NCBI GenBank assembly: GCA_963618495.1
Contig: CAVESF010000008.1
Coordinates: 2,749 to 66,748, forward strand
Origin: Acutalibacteraceae bacterium
Lineage (GTDB): Bacteria; Bacillota; Clostridia; Oscillospirales; CAG-272
Direction: 5' to 3'
DNA length: 64,000 nt
A program made the position numbers and the translations under genes. Positions 41,822-51,506 of this stretch are shown piece by piece; positions within the stretch are counted from its first letter, which is position 1, and each line of letters opens with the position of its first letter. The notes under the pieces were generated by a model. The model worked only from the letters and a program-made list of their open reading frames with translations, had not been told where the DNA came from and did no database searches.

Positions 41822-42278
41822 GGTCGTGGTCATGCACATGGTTGTGCTCGGCATCATGCTCGCAGCATGAACAACAGCCCGTGCACTCCGCGCCGGGAAT
41901 CTCCTTTGCGATGCCGTTTTTCTTATAGTAGTCGGCAATAGCCGCGCGAACAGCCTCCTCGGCAAGCACGGAGCAATGTATCTTTATCGGAGGAAGTCCG
42001 TCAAGTGCCTCGATAACAGCCTTGTTTGTGAGTTTGAGCGCATCGTCAACGCTCTTTCCCTTTATCAGCTCGGTTGCCATCGACGATGTGGCAACAGCTG
42101 CACCACAGCCGAATGTCTTGAATTTCACATCGGTTATGATGCCGTTATCTATTTTGAGATAGATTCTCATTATATCGCCGCATTTTGCGTTGCCTACCTC
42201 ACCTATACCGTCGGCGTTTTCTATTTCGCCTACATTTCTCGGGTGCATGAAGTGGTCCATTACTTTTTCGGAATACAT
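41814..42278 (-). CDS. iscU: NifU/IscU-type Fe-S scaffold with a Cys/His-rich C-terminal tail
   Basis: 154 aa. Scaffold cysteines are present (NAKCGD, FGCGAA, HCSVLA). The tail reads CTGCCSCCEHDAEHNHVHDHDHE. Confidence 0.88.
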   Translation of the reverse strand: MYSEKVMDHFMHPRNVGEIENADGIGEVGNAKCGDIMRIYLKIDNGIITDVKFKTFGCGAAVATSSMATELIKGKSVDDALKLTNKAVIEALDGLPPIKIHCSVLAEEAVRAAIADYYKKNGIAKEIPGAECTGCCSCCEHDAEHNHVHDHDHE

Positions 42279-42317
42279 ATTATTCCCTCCTTTTATATGA
42301 AATAAATTACTTTCGTT

Positions 42318-43481
42318 TTACGCATTGTAGAGCGGACTCATGTCGCGCAGTCTCTGAATGATGGGCGGCAGTTTCTCAAGGATATAGTCCACATCCTCGT
42401 CTGTCGTCTCATGCGAGAGGCTGAGACGGAGCGAACCGTGCGCCTTTTCGTGAGGAAGACCTATCGCAAGCAGAACATGAGAAGGCTCGAGAGAGTTGTT
42501 CGAGCAGGCAGAGCCTGTGGAGGCGCATATGCCGCAGGAATCGAGCAGAAGAATCATGCTCTCGCCCTCTATGAAATCAAATGAAATATTGACATTTCCG
42601 GGAAGTCTCTGTGTGGGATGACCGTTAAGTCTTGTATCGGGAATCTTCGCGAGAATCTCACGGATGAGTCTGTCGCGCATGGCGGCGACTCTCTCAAGGT
42701 CGGGCATCTGCTCGCAGGCGAGCTCAAGTGCCTTTGCGAGAGCAACGGCGTATGCCACATTTTCCGTGCCGGAACGCTTGCCCTTTTCCTGACCGCCGCC
42801 CTCTATGAGATTGCGGATGCCGACGCCCTTGCGTATATAAAGGAAGCCCGTGCCCTTCGGCGCGTTTATCTTATGACCGGAGCAGGAAAGCATATCTACT
42901 CCCAGCTCGTGAATATTTATCTTCTCATGGCCGACAGCCTGAACGGCATCGGTGAAGAAGAGAACTTTCTTTTCTTTTGTTATTTTTGCTATTTCGGCGA
43001 TAGGCATAACTGTGCCTATCTCGTTATTTGCGTACATTACGGCGACAAGCGTCGTATCGTCGCGTATAGCGTCGCGCACTGCCTCGGGAGAAATCATGCC
43101 GTACTCATCGACATCGAGGTATGTCACCTCAAAGCCCTCTTTTTTCAGCGCCTCCATAGTATGGAGAACGGCGTGATGCTCAACCTTTGTCGTTATCAGA
43201 TGCTTGCCCTTTCTTATATTTGCGTATGCCGCTCCTCTTATTGCCCAGTTATCGGATTCCGTGCCGCATGAAGTAAAGTATATTTCGCCCGCGTCACAAC
43301 CCATCAGAGAAGCAATTTTTGCTCTCGCCACGCTCAGCGCCTCCTTGGCATTCTGACCGAAGCCGTATATGCTCGAGGGATTTCCCCAGCATTCCGTAAG
43401 ATAAGGCTTCATCGCCTCGATAACCCTCGGGTCGGGCTTCGTCGTAGCCGCATTGTCTGCGTAAACAAATCTTTTTTCCAA
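42318..43481 (-). CDS. iscS: Cysteine desulfurase (NifS/IscS class)
   Basis: 387 aa. PLP-lysine region SCSGHKINAPKG and active-site loop STGSACS. Confidence 0.92.
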   Translation of the reverse strand: MEKRFVYADNAATTKPDPRVIEAMKPYLTECWGNPSSIYGFGQNAKEALSVARAKIASLMGCDAGEIYFTSCGTESDNWAIRGAAYANIRKGKHLITTKVEHHAVLHTMEALKKEGFEVTYLDVDEYGMISPEAVRDAIRDDTTLVAVMYANNEIGTVMPIAEIAKITKEKKVLFFTDAVQAVGHEKINIHELGVDMLSCSGHKINAPKGTGFLYIRKGVGIRNLIEGGGQEKGKRSGTENVAYAVALAKALELACEQMPDLERVAAMRDRLIREILAKIPDTRLNGHPTQRLPGNVNISFDFIEGESMILLLDSCGICASTGSACSNNSLEPSHVLLAIGLPHEKAHGSLRLSLSHETTDEDVDYILEKLPPIIQRLRDMSPLYNA

Positions 43482-43509
43482 GTTTTACACATCCTCTCTC
43501 TGTGCTTTG

Positions 43510-43947
43510 TTATATGAATTTTTCCGCCTGCGCGACAGCTTCCCTGTCGCACCGCTCGTTGTATTCGTGTCCGTCGTGTCCTTTTATCCAGACAAACCTC
43601 AGCCTGTGCATCTCGGAGAGAGAAAGCAGCCGCTCCCAAAGGTCGGTATTCAGCGCCGTTTTTCCGTCGCTCTTTTTCCAGCCCTTTTCTTTCCATCCGC
43701 GTGCCCAGCCGAGCTTCATCGCGTCCACGACATATTTCGAGTCGGAATAAACCGTCACCTCGCAGGGCTCGCGGAGAATCTCCAGTCCGCTTATCACGGC
43801 GCGCAGCTCCATGCGGTTGTTTGTGGTATTTGCCTCTCCTCCCGAAACAAGCTTTTCCTTGCCCTTATACTTCAGTATGCAGCAGAAACCGCCCGCTCCC
43901 GGGTTGCCTTTGCAGGCACCGTCGGTATACATATCAACTTCTTTCAA
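43510..43947 (-). CDS. rnhA: Ribonuclease HI
   Basis: 145 aa. Motifs YTDGACKGNPG, TNNRMEL and WIKGHDGHEYNERCD. Confidence 0.9.
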   Translation of the reverse strand: MKEVDMYTDGACKGNPGAGGFCCILKYKGKEKLVSGGEANTTNNRMELRAVISGLEILREPCEVTVYSDSKYVVDAMKLGWARGWKEKGWKKSDGKTALNTDLWERLLSLSEMHRLRFVWIKGHDGHEYNERCDREAVAQAEKFI

Positions 43948-44058
43948 GCGGCAAACCTCCCATGCTTATTCCAACATTGTATTATAACGCGGGTTTTTCG
44001 ATTTTACAATATTTTTTTGATTTTTTTTGCAGAATTTACAGTTTTTTCATTTTTGCCG

Positions 44059-45102
44059 TCACAGCATGCGGCAAAAATCATCGAAATCCAGCACTACGGT
44101 CTTTCCTCTGTCCGCGCTTTCTCTCGCGCAGAGGGCGAGATATGTGGAATAGAAGCTGCCCATAGCCGATACTCTGCCGGGAATTCCTGTTTCAATCTCG
44201 TTTATAAATTCATCGAAAATACTGCCGGATTTTCCGTATTCCTTCGCTTCCCTTTCGCCGTTTTCGTCGGTGATATAGACCTTGCCCGCACGAATCTCCA
44301 TGATACCGTGTTCGCCGACGGCGCGTATGCGGTCGTCGCCGTGAGTCGGCGCTCCCGCGGGGCGCAGATAGTCTGCGGAAACGGAAACTATCTCTCCCCT
44401 GCTTCCGCGGAAAAGACATATCGCATCCGTTTCCAGCGTGCCGTTGCCGCCGTTTGCGGCTCTGCTCTGCCTTGCCGTCACCTCGGTGAAATGCAGACCG
44501 AAAAGCCGCCATGCCCAATCTATGGCATGTATCGCCACCCAAGGTATCGTGCCGCCGTATAGCTCGCGCTCGGAATAGAACTCTTCCCTCTTGCCGAGCT
44601 TGTATGATTTCTGCGCATTCACGAGCCGGATTTCGCCGAGATCGCCGCTCGCGGCTGTCTTCCATGCCGTCATGAAATGCGGCTCGTCGAGTATTCCGAA
44701 CATTCCGCAGAGGCAGACCCTTTTCCTGTCGTATTTTTCGAGCATCTCTTTCGTATTGACATTGTGATACTCACGCATCACAAGCCGAAGTCCGTCAAGC
44801 GATGTCGCTATCGGCTTTTCTATGAAAACATGCTTGCCGCGGCGCAGAGCCTCTGCGGCAAATTCCGCATTATAGCCCATGAACGAATTTATTATCACTA
44901 TATCCGAGGACGCCTTTTCCAGCATCTCGGCATAGTCCTCATACAGCGGCACATCGAAGCCGAATTTCTGAAAATGCTCGCGCGTGGTATTCTTTTCCCT
45001 GCGGTCGCCCATGCATATCCCCGTGAAGCGAAAACCCGCTCTTTTTGCCGCCTCGAGTGCGTATTCGTAATGACCCGATGAACCGACCTGAATAATATTC
45101 AT
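44059..45102 (-). CDS. Gfo/Idh/MocA-family NAD(P)-dependent oxidoreductase
   Basis: 347 aa. N-terminal Rossmann region followed by the EKP motif (HVFIEKPIA). Confidence 0.75.
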   Translation of the reverse strand: MNIIQVGSSGHYEYALEAAKRAGFRFTGICMGDRREKNTTREHFQKFGFDVPLYEDYAEMLEKASSDIVIINSFMGYNAEFAAEALRRGKHVFIEKPIATSLDGLRLVMREYHNVNTKEMLEKYDRKRVCLCGMFGILDEPHFMTAWKTAASGDLGEIRLVNAQKSYKLGKREEFYSERELYGGTIPWVAIHAIDWAWRLFGLHFTEVTARQSRAANGGNGTLETDAICLFRGSRGEIVSVSADYLRPAGAPTHGDDRIRAVGEHGIMEIRAGKVYITDENGEREAKEYGKSGSIFDEFINEIETGIPGRVSAMGSFYSTYLALCARESADRGKTVVLDFDDFCRML

Positions 45103-45111
45103 AGCATCACC

Positions 45112-46368
45112 TTATTTTTTCTTTATCTGCGCCCAGTATGCTGCGGCGGCACTTTCCGCCTTGTTTTCGCCGAAGCGATAATATTTCCGCTCCTTTAAGT
45201 CGAGCGGCATATAGCTCTGCTCGACATAATGATTCGGATAATCGTGCGGGTATTTGTAGTTCTGTCCCTTATCGCCGATATTTTCCCCGTCGAAATGCAC
45301 ATTCTGCACGCATCTCGGCACCTCGGTGCCTCTGCCCGCGTTCACATCCTCAAGCGCGGCATAGTAGCCGAGATAGGATGAATTTGACTTCGGCGCGGTC
45401 GCCAGCATCACCGTGGCATGAGCAAGCGGAACAGCCGCCTCGGGAAGCCCGAGCTCACGCGCGCTCTCCACGCAGGCGCGCGTTATCGCCGCCGCCTGAG
45501 AATACGCCAGCCCTATATCCTCGCTCGCTATGACCTGTATTCTGCGGCAGGCGGAAATGAGGTCGCCTCCCGCAAGCAGCTTGGCAAGGTAAAAGAGCGC
45601 GGCGTCGGGGTCGGAGCCGCGTATCGACTTCTGAAAAGCCGAGAGCAGGTCATAGTGTCCGTCGCCCGCCTTGTCAAAGCCCGCCATGCCCATTATCTCG
45701 GGCAGGAATGCACGGATATTCTCTTCCGTTATCCCGCCGCATACTCTGTAGACATTTTCGAGCAGGTTAACCGCGCGGCGCGCATCTCCCGAAGCCGCCG
45801 CGGCTATCATGGAGAGGGCGCCTTCTTCGCGTCCTATCTTTTTGCCGTCCTCTTCCTCCATAACGCTCACGGCACGCTCGAGTGCGCCCGTGAGCGCCTC
45901 CCGCGAAAGCGGCTTGAACTCAAAAACGGCACTGCGCGAGAGCACTGCGGGATAAACATAAAAATACGGATTTTCCGTAGTGGAAGCGATGAGCGTTATC
46001 CTGCCGTCCTCGATAAATTCAAGCAGGGATTGCTGCTGTTTCTTATTGAAATACTGAAGCTCGTCCAGATACAGCAGTACGCCGCCGGAGCCCATGAGCG
46101 ACGAGGTATCGGCGATAACCTCCTTTATATCGGAAATGCCCGCCGTAGTCGCATTGAGCTTGTGGAGCGTTTTTCCCGCCGCCTCGGCAATGATATTTGC
46201 CACGGTGGTTTTTCCCGTTCCCGATGGACCGAAAAATATCATATTCGGGATATAGCCGCTCGCTATCATCGAGGCAAAAATACCCTTCTCGCCGAAGAGC
46301 TTAGGATCTCCCGCGACATCGGAGAGACTTTTCGGTCTTATTCTGTCCGCCAAAGGCTGATTTACCAT
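45112..46368 (-). CDS. rarA: Replication-associated recombination protein A (MgsA/RarA AAA+ ATPase)
   Basis: 418 aa. LADRIRPKSL, Walker A GPSGTGKTT, and a C-terminal MgsA domain (HYDLLSAFQKSIRGSDPDAALFYLA). Confidence 0.92.
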   Translation of the reverse strand: MVNQPLADRIRPKSLSDVAGDPKLFGEKGIFASMIASGYIPNMIFFGPSGTGKTTVANIIAEAAGKTLHKLNATTAGISDIKEVIADTSSLMGSGGVLLYLDELQYFNKKQQQSLLEFIEDGRITLIASTTENPYFYVYPAVLSRSAVFEFKPLSREALTGALERAVSVMEEEDGKKIGREEGALSMIAAAASGDARRAVNLLENVYRVCGGITEENIRAFLPEIMGMAGFDKAGDGHYDLLSAFQKSIRGSDPDAALFYLAKLLAGGDLISACRRIQVIASEDIGLAYSQAAAITRACVESARELGLPEAAVPLAHATVMLATAPKSNSSYLGYYAALEDVNAGRGTEVPRCVQNVHFDGENIGDKGQNYKYPHDYPNHYVEQSYMPLDLKERKYYRFGENKAESAAAAYWAQIKKK

Positions 46369-46387
46369 AAAAAACTCCGTTTTTTCA

Positions 46388-47023
46388 TCAGATTTTGCAT
46401 TTCAAGCCCGAAAACGGGCAGGATTCGCATTTCGGCTTTCGCGCGTCGCATGTATCCCTGCCGAACTGCACGAGTCTGTGGCAGAAATCCGACTGCTTCT
46501 CCGGTGCGACAATTGCCGAGAGCGTGCGCTCCACCTTTTCCGGCACTTTGCTTTCGCAAAGCCCGAGCCGATTTGAAATGCGTATGCAATGCGTATCGGC
46601 GACTATCGCGGGCTTGCCGTAGACATCGCCGAGTATGAGATTTGCTATCTTTCTTCCGACGCCCGGGAGAGTCAGAAGTTCCTCCATGCTGTCGGGAACC
46701 CTGCCTCCGTATTTCTCCGTGATTATCGCGGAAAAATCGCGTATATTCTTCGCTTTCACCTTGTATACTCCGCAGGAATAGACGAGCTTTTCTATCTCCT
46801 CAAGCGGCGCCGCCGCCATAGCCGCAACATCGGGAAAATGCCTGAAAAGCTCGCGGCAGACTATATTCACCCTCGCGTCGGTGCACTGCGCCGAGAGCCT
46901 GCCCATGACGAGAAGCCGCCACGGATCGCCGCCGGATTCAAGCGCACAGACGGCATCGGGATATATTTTTTCGAGCTCGGCGACGACATACGCCACGCGC
47001 GCTTTTTTCTCTTTTTCAGTCAT
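46388..47023 (-). CDS. nth: Endonuclease III
   Basis: 211 aa. HhH-GPD region (LLTLPGVGRKIANL) and a C-terminal 4Fe-4S Cys cluster. Confidence 0.9.
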   Translation of the reverse strand: MTEKEKKARVAYVVAELEKIYPDAVCALESGGDPWRLLVMGRLSAQCTDARVNIVCRELFRHFPDVAAMAAAPLEEIEKLVYSCGVYKVKAKNIRDFSAIITEKYGGRVPDSMEELLTLPGVGRKIANLILGDVYGKPAIVADTHCIRISNRLGLCESKVPEKVERTLSAIVAPEKQSDFCHRLVQFGRDTCDARKPKCESCPFSGLKCKI

Positions 47024-47027
47024 ATCG

Positions 47028-47621
47028 TCACTCCGACATATCGAAAACCGATATTCCGTATTCCCTTTTCAGCATATCGCAGAAAAGCGGCACGGGAAAG
47101 CCCATTATATTATAGTAGTCGCCCTCTATGCTCTCGACAAGCGCCGAGCCGATCCCCTGAATGGCATACGAGCCCGCCTTGCCCATCGGTTCGCCCGAGG
47201 CGACATATTTTTCTATATCGGATTCGCTGTAGGCACGCATTTTCACTCTCGTGCGCGCACTCTTGCACAGGGTCTTGCCGCCTCCGATGAGCGTGAGTCC
47301 CGAGTAGACATCGTGATACGAATCGGCAAGAAGCTCCAGCGTGACACGAGCGTGCATTTCGCTCTCGGGCTTACCTATGATATGCCCGCCGTAAACGACA
47401 ACGGTATCGCAGGCGATGATGAGCGTATCGTCGCCCGCATATTTTTCCTTAACCGCATCTGCTTTTCTGCGCGAGAGCGTGCAGACATAGTCCCATGGCT
47501 TCATCTCTTCGTCGCAGGTCTCGTCCGCATCGGGCGAGCATATTTCAAAATGCAGTCCGAGTCTCCCGAGTATTTCTTTTCTTCGCGGCGATGACGATGC
47601 GAGAATTATTTTTTTAAACAT
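47028..47621 (-). CDS. maf: Maf-family nucleoside triphosphate pyrophosphatase
   Basis: 197 aa. N-terminus IILASSSPRRKEIL and motif GKAGSYAIQG. Confidence 0.9.
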   Translation of the reverse strand: MFKKIILASSSPRRKEILGRLGLHFEICSPDADETCDEEMKPWDYVCTLSRRKADAVKEKYAGDDTLIIACDTVVVYGGHIIGKPESEMHARVTLELLADSYHDVYSGLTLIGGGKTLCKSARTRVKMRAYSESDIEKYVASGEPMGKAGSYAIQGIGSALVESIEGDYYNIMGFPVPLFCDMLKREYGISVFDMSE

Positions 47622-47627
47622 ACTTCC

Positions 47628-49745
47628 TCACTTCGGCGAGGAAAGGCGGCAGAATTTTCCGCCGTAGCTCTCGCCTTTTTCCGTAATTCCGATTATGCGG
47701 TCTGTTTCTGCGCGGCTCTCGGATGTGAATATATAATGATAAAATTCGCAGTCCATACCGCTCTTCTTATCGCCCATATAGACGGGAACGCTGTTGAATA
47801 TCACATTTCTGTGCTTATATTCGCGCACCATCGGGAATTTCACCCCGAGCCTGTCGCAAAGGTATGAAAACCTGTGCGTATCGCAGTAGCGGCAGGCGGA
47901 TACCGGCGGCAGTTTCGCGCCGCATATCTCCCTTATCGCGCATTTTTCGAGCGTCATCACGGGGAGCGCACCGTAGATTATCTGCCCGCGCGGTATCACG
48001 GCGACAGGCGATTTTCTCGCCTCGCTCGAAACAATAAAGCGATCCAACCCGATATCCGCCATCTCCGCGGCGCTCTCGCCGTTGCATATGCCGAGGCGCA
48101 GGTCTCCGCAGGCTTCAAAACCGAGTCTCTTCGCCGTCGCGACCTGCCAGAGATTCGTTATCAGCGCATAGCGGCAACCCATCTCCGCCGCCTTTTCCGC
48201 CGCGGCGATGACCTCCGCGAGCTCATGCGAAAATGCTACGGGTGGAAAAGCCACGCCGATATTTGCCGCAGGATTTTCCAGCTTCGCATACTGCATGAGC
48301 GGCACATAAATGCGCTCGAAATAAACCTTTGCCGCTTCCGTTATGCTGTCGGCATAGACGAAATACGCCGTTTTTCCGTGTGCGTCTGCTTTTTCGCCCG
48401 CAAAATTCACTTTTCCCGCCGATTCCGTCAGCGATGCCGATGCCGCCTTCGGCATATCGCTCTTTTCGAGTGGCTTTCGCCCTCCGAGAGCCACCGCGTC
48501 AAGTCTCTCACAGAGAGCGCGGCGGAGCGCGTTTATCTCCGAGAGCGGAAAATGTGCATTCTCCGCTCCCGTTATTTCCGTTTTTTGTGCGCGGTAGATT
48601 GTAGCCCCGAGCTTGGAGAGATTCTCCTCCATGCGGCTCTGCGGTATCGCCGGATAGTCCGCATCCGGCGCGTTTTTGCCTGCGACAGAGGCGCATATCT
48701 CCTCGTCGCCGCGGTATGCCGTGCCATGCAGCACAGGCGGGCGGTCGGCATAAAATTGCGCCTTTATCCGAAGCGGAAGCTTTCGCTCGCCTGTATATTT
48801 TCCGCTACCCTGCGCGGTGCTTGCGCGTTTGTCGTCCTCGGTACGCACGCCAAGCATGGAAGAATCTATCTTTTCCGTGAAATATCCGTCGGTAAAGCCC
48901 GAGCGCGAGAAAAGCCGCGCGAGAGCTTCCATCTCATCTGCCGTCGCGTTTCTGCCCTCATCGAGCAGGCGACGGTATATTTTCACCACGCCGTAAACAT
49001 AATCGGCGCTCTTCATTCTGCCCTCGATTTTCAGCGAAGCCGCACCCGAAGAAATAATCTCCTCAATATGAGAAGCAAGGCACAAATCCTTGAGCGAAAG
49101 CGGATATCCCTGCCCTTTTCCGCAGGAATACGGCAGGCGGCACGGCTGTGCGCACTGCCCCCTGTTTCCGCTTCTGCCGCCGATAACAGAGCTGAAAAGG
49201 CACTGCCCCGAGGCACTGACGCAGAGTGCGCCGTGAATGAATATTTCCACCTCTATCGGCGACTTTTCGCAGAGCGCCTTTATATCGGCAAGCGAAAGCT
49301 CGCGCGGCGCCACCATGCGGAAAAAACCCATCTCCGAGAGCACCCGCGCACTCATTTCGTTCTGCCCAGTCATCTGAGTGCTCGCGTGTATCTCTGTCTC
49401 GGGATAAACCGAGCGCAGTATACGCGCAAGCCCGATATCCGCCGTTATAAAGGCATCGACGCCGAGATTGTAAAGCCCGCGTGCCGTCTCCGCCGCCGCA
49501 TATACCTCGCCGCCGTAGAGCTGCGTATTGAGCGTGACATATGTTTTCACGCCGAGCCTGCGGCAATACGATATCGCCTCCGCAAGCTCGCTGCCGTCGA
49601 GGTTCTTCGCATTCATGCGCGCATTGAAAGCGCCGACTCCGAAATATACGGCATCGGCTCCCGCGGAAACTGCAGCATAAAGAGCCTCGGCGGAGCCTGC
49701 GGGAGCAAGAAGCTCGGGCAGGCGGGCATTTTTCTTGCCGGTCAT
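47628..49745 (-). CDS. Long-form U32-family protein (peptidase U32 / RNA hydroxylation family)
   Basis: 705 aa. N-terminus PELLAPAGSAEALYAAVSAGADAVYFG and the U32 signature E-x-F-x-H-G-A-L-C (EIFIHGALCVSASGQC). Confidence 0.8.
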   Translation of the reverse strand: MTGKKNARLPELLAPAGSAEALYAAVSAGADAVYFGVGAFNARMNAKNLDGSELAEAISYCRRLGVKTYVTLNTQLYGGEVYAAAETARGLYNLGVDAFITADIGLARILRSVYPETEIHASTQMTGQNEMSARVLSEMGFFRMVAPRELSLADIKALCEKSPIEVEIFIHGALCVSASGQCLFSSVIGGRSGNRGQCAQPCRLPYSCGKGQGYPLSLKDLCLASHIEEIISSGAASLKIEGRMKSADYVYGVVKIYRRLLDEGRNATADEMEALARLFSRSGFTDGYFTEKIDSSMLGVRTEDDKRASTAQGSGKYTGERKLPLRIKAQFYADRPPVLHGTAYRGDEEICASVAGKNAPDADYPAIPQSRMEENLSKLGATIYRAQKTEITGAENAHFPLSEINALRRALCERLDAVALGGRKPLEKSDMPKAASASLTESAGKVNFAGEKADAHGKTAYFVYADSITEAAKVYFERIYVPLMQYAKLENPAANIGVAFPPVAFSHELAEVIAAAEKAAEMGCRYALITNLWQVATAKRLGFEACGDLRLGICNGESAAEMADIGLDRFIVSSEARKSPVAVIPRGQIIYGALPVMTLEKCAIREICGAKLPPVSACRYCDTHRFSYLCDRLGVKFPMVREYKHRNVIFNSVPVYMGDKKSGMDCEFYHYIFTSESRAETDRIIGITEKGESYGGKFCRLSSPK

Positions 49746-50005
49746 TATTTCTTGCCGCCGTCAGATTTCTTTTCGTCCTTTTTCGGAGCATCCTCCATCA
49801 GGGATTTCAGACGGTAGTTTTCATCGAGCAGATCAAGCGCGCATACTATAGCCGCCTGAAGCTTCGATACACCGGCTCCCGAGAGTGCATAATAGTTTAT
49901 CTTCTTTGAGAGTTCGTGCGCGAGATGCTGAACATATCTGGGGTCATCTTCACTGCGGAGCTTCAGTTCCTCTCCCGCGATATCGAGCGTGTAAAGTCTT
50001 TTCAT
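49745..50005 (-). CDS. zapA: Cell division protein ZapA
   Basis: 86 aa. The N-terminal pattern is typical of ZapA (YTLDIAGEELKLRSEDDPRYVQHLAHEL), followed by a coiled-coil C-terminus. Confidence 0.75.
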   Translation of the reverse strand: MKRLYTLDIAGEELKLRSEDDPRYVQHLAHELSKKINYYALSGAGVSKLQAAIVCALDLLDENYRLKSLMEDAPKKDEKKSDGGKK

Positions 50006-50046
50006 GGTAACCTCCGTATTTTTCTTTATTTCTTTTTCAAAAACGA

Positions 50047-50075
50047 TTGAAAAAAGTGCGGAAAAATTGTATAAT
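50047..50075 (+). promoter_or_regulatory. SigA-type promoter upstream of thiI
   Basis: TTGAAA (50047-50052), 17-nt spacer, TATAAT (50070-50075). Confidence 0.6.
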
Positions 50076-50204
50076 GATTTCAGGACACGGCAAAACAGCC
50101 GAAAAAAGTCCCGTTTTGTCTATTATAATATATTTTTGCGATTTATGGAATAGGATTTTTAAATTTTCCCGAAAAATTTATCATCCCGAAAGGAAAAATG
50201 ACAA

Positions 50205-51377
50205 ATGAAAGAAATAATTCTCTGCAAATACGGCGAAATCACGCTCAAAGGAGCTAACCGTTCCCATTTTGAGCACCTGCTGAAAAACGAGCTTGTCCGC
50301 CGCACGGCGCAGTTCGGCAAATTCAAAATTTACTATATACAGAGCACGGCATATATCGAGCCGCTTGAGGAGACCTGCGATATTACGGGAGCATACGAGG
50401 CGGCAAAAAATACTTTCGGCGTTTCTGCCGTCAGCCGCGCGATAGAGTTACCCAAAGATATGAACGCCATACTCGAGGCGGCAGGCACGGTGTTTATGCC
50501 CTATCTTTCGGGCGCGCGCACATTCAAGGTTGAATCCAAGCGCTCCGACAAAAGATTTCCGCTCACCTCACCCGAAATTGCCGCCGAGGTCGGCGCGGCT
50601 ATACTCGAAGCCTCTGGCGGTGCGCTCAAAGTCGATGTGCACGAGCCGCAGGTCTGCGTCAGAGTTGAGATACGCGATTTCGCCGCATATATCTGCGCAG
50701 GTCAGGAACGCGCCGTCGGCGGCATGCCGACGGGCTCAAACGGCAAGGGTCTTCTGCTCCTCTCGGGCGGTATCGACAGCCCCGTCGCCGGCTTCATGAT
50801 GGCAAAGCGCGGTGTGCGCATAGATGCGATGCACTTCGAGAGCTTCCCCTATACAAGCGAACGCGCAAGACAAAAGGTTCTCGACCTCGCCGCCAAGATT
50901 GCGGGCTATGCGGGCGAGATACGCGTTCATATCATCTCCGTCACACATATTCAGGAGGTTCTGCGCGACAGTTGCAATGAGGACTATTTCACCCTGCTCC
51001 TGCGCCGCTTCATGATGCGCCTTGCGGAGCGCACGGCAAATAAATTCTCATGCGATGCGCTGATAACGGGAGAGAGCATCGGTCAGGTGGCAAGCCAGAC
51101 GATGAAAGCGCTCCTCGTTACGGACAGCGTCGTGAATATGCCTGTTTTCCGTCCCGTCATCGGCATGGATAAGGAAGATATAATAAAAATTTCACGCAAG
51201 ATAGATACATTCGAGACCTCCATTCTTCCCTACGAGGATTGTTGCACCGTTTTCACGCCCGCTCATCCGCGCACCCAGCCCGAGATTTGCAAGGTTGAAC
51301 ACGAAGAAGCGCGTGTCGATGTCGCCGCTCTCGAAGAAGAAGCCTTTGCCACGCTGGAAACAGTCATAATTAAATAA
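50205..51377 (+). CDS. thiI: tRNA 4-thiouridine(8) synthase ThiI
   Basis: 390 aa. THUMP-type N-terminal region and PP-loop LLLLSGGIDSPVA. No rhodanese domain, as in the Firmicute type. Confidence 0.92.
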   Translation: MKEIILCKYGEITLKGANRSHFEHLLKNELVRRTAQFGKFKIYYIQSTAYIEPLEETCDITGAYEAAKNTFGVSAVSRAIELPKDMNAILEAAGTVFMPYLSGARTFKVESKRSDKRFPLTSPEIAAEVGAAILEASGGALKVDVHEPQVCVRVEIRDFAAYICAGQERAVGGMPTGSNGKGLLLLSGGIDSPVAGFMMAKRGVRIDAMHFESFPYTSERARQKVLDLAAKIAGYAGEIRVHIISVTHIQEVLRDSCNEDYFTLLLRRFMMRLAERTANKFSCDALITGESIGQVASQTMKALLVTDSVVNMPVFRPVIGMDKEDIIKISRKIDTFETSILPYEDCCTVFTPAHPRTQPEICKVEHEEARVDVAALEEEAFATLETVIIK

Positions 51378-51435
51378 TATATCTGCCCTGTTTTTGTGAT
51401 ATTTGCAACATATTTAATATTTTGACTCATTTCCG

Positions 51436-51464
51436 TTGACAAAGAGGCTTCAAGGTGATAAAAT
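51436..51464 (+). promoter_or_regulatory. SigA-type promoter of the minD-like / MGS-like pair
   Basis: TTGACA (51436-51441), 17-nt spacer, TAAAAT (51459-51464). Confidence 0.6.
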
Positions 51465-51506
51465 AATAAAAGAGTTGTCAGAAAAATGTGAGGGAGGCGA
51501 TTTTTA

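Noticed and set aside
47874-49817. Very long antisense ORFs: 647 aa opposite the U32 gene, and likewise 54171..55826, 45418..46638, 13421..14362, 9091..10056, 43507..44562, 16222..16968 and 58869..59966.
   Set aside because: These are Arg/Cys/His-rich low-complexity translations with no recognisable motifs. They lie exactly opposite well-supported conserved genes, which is typical of shadow ORFs in GC-rich coding DNA.
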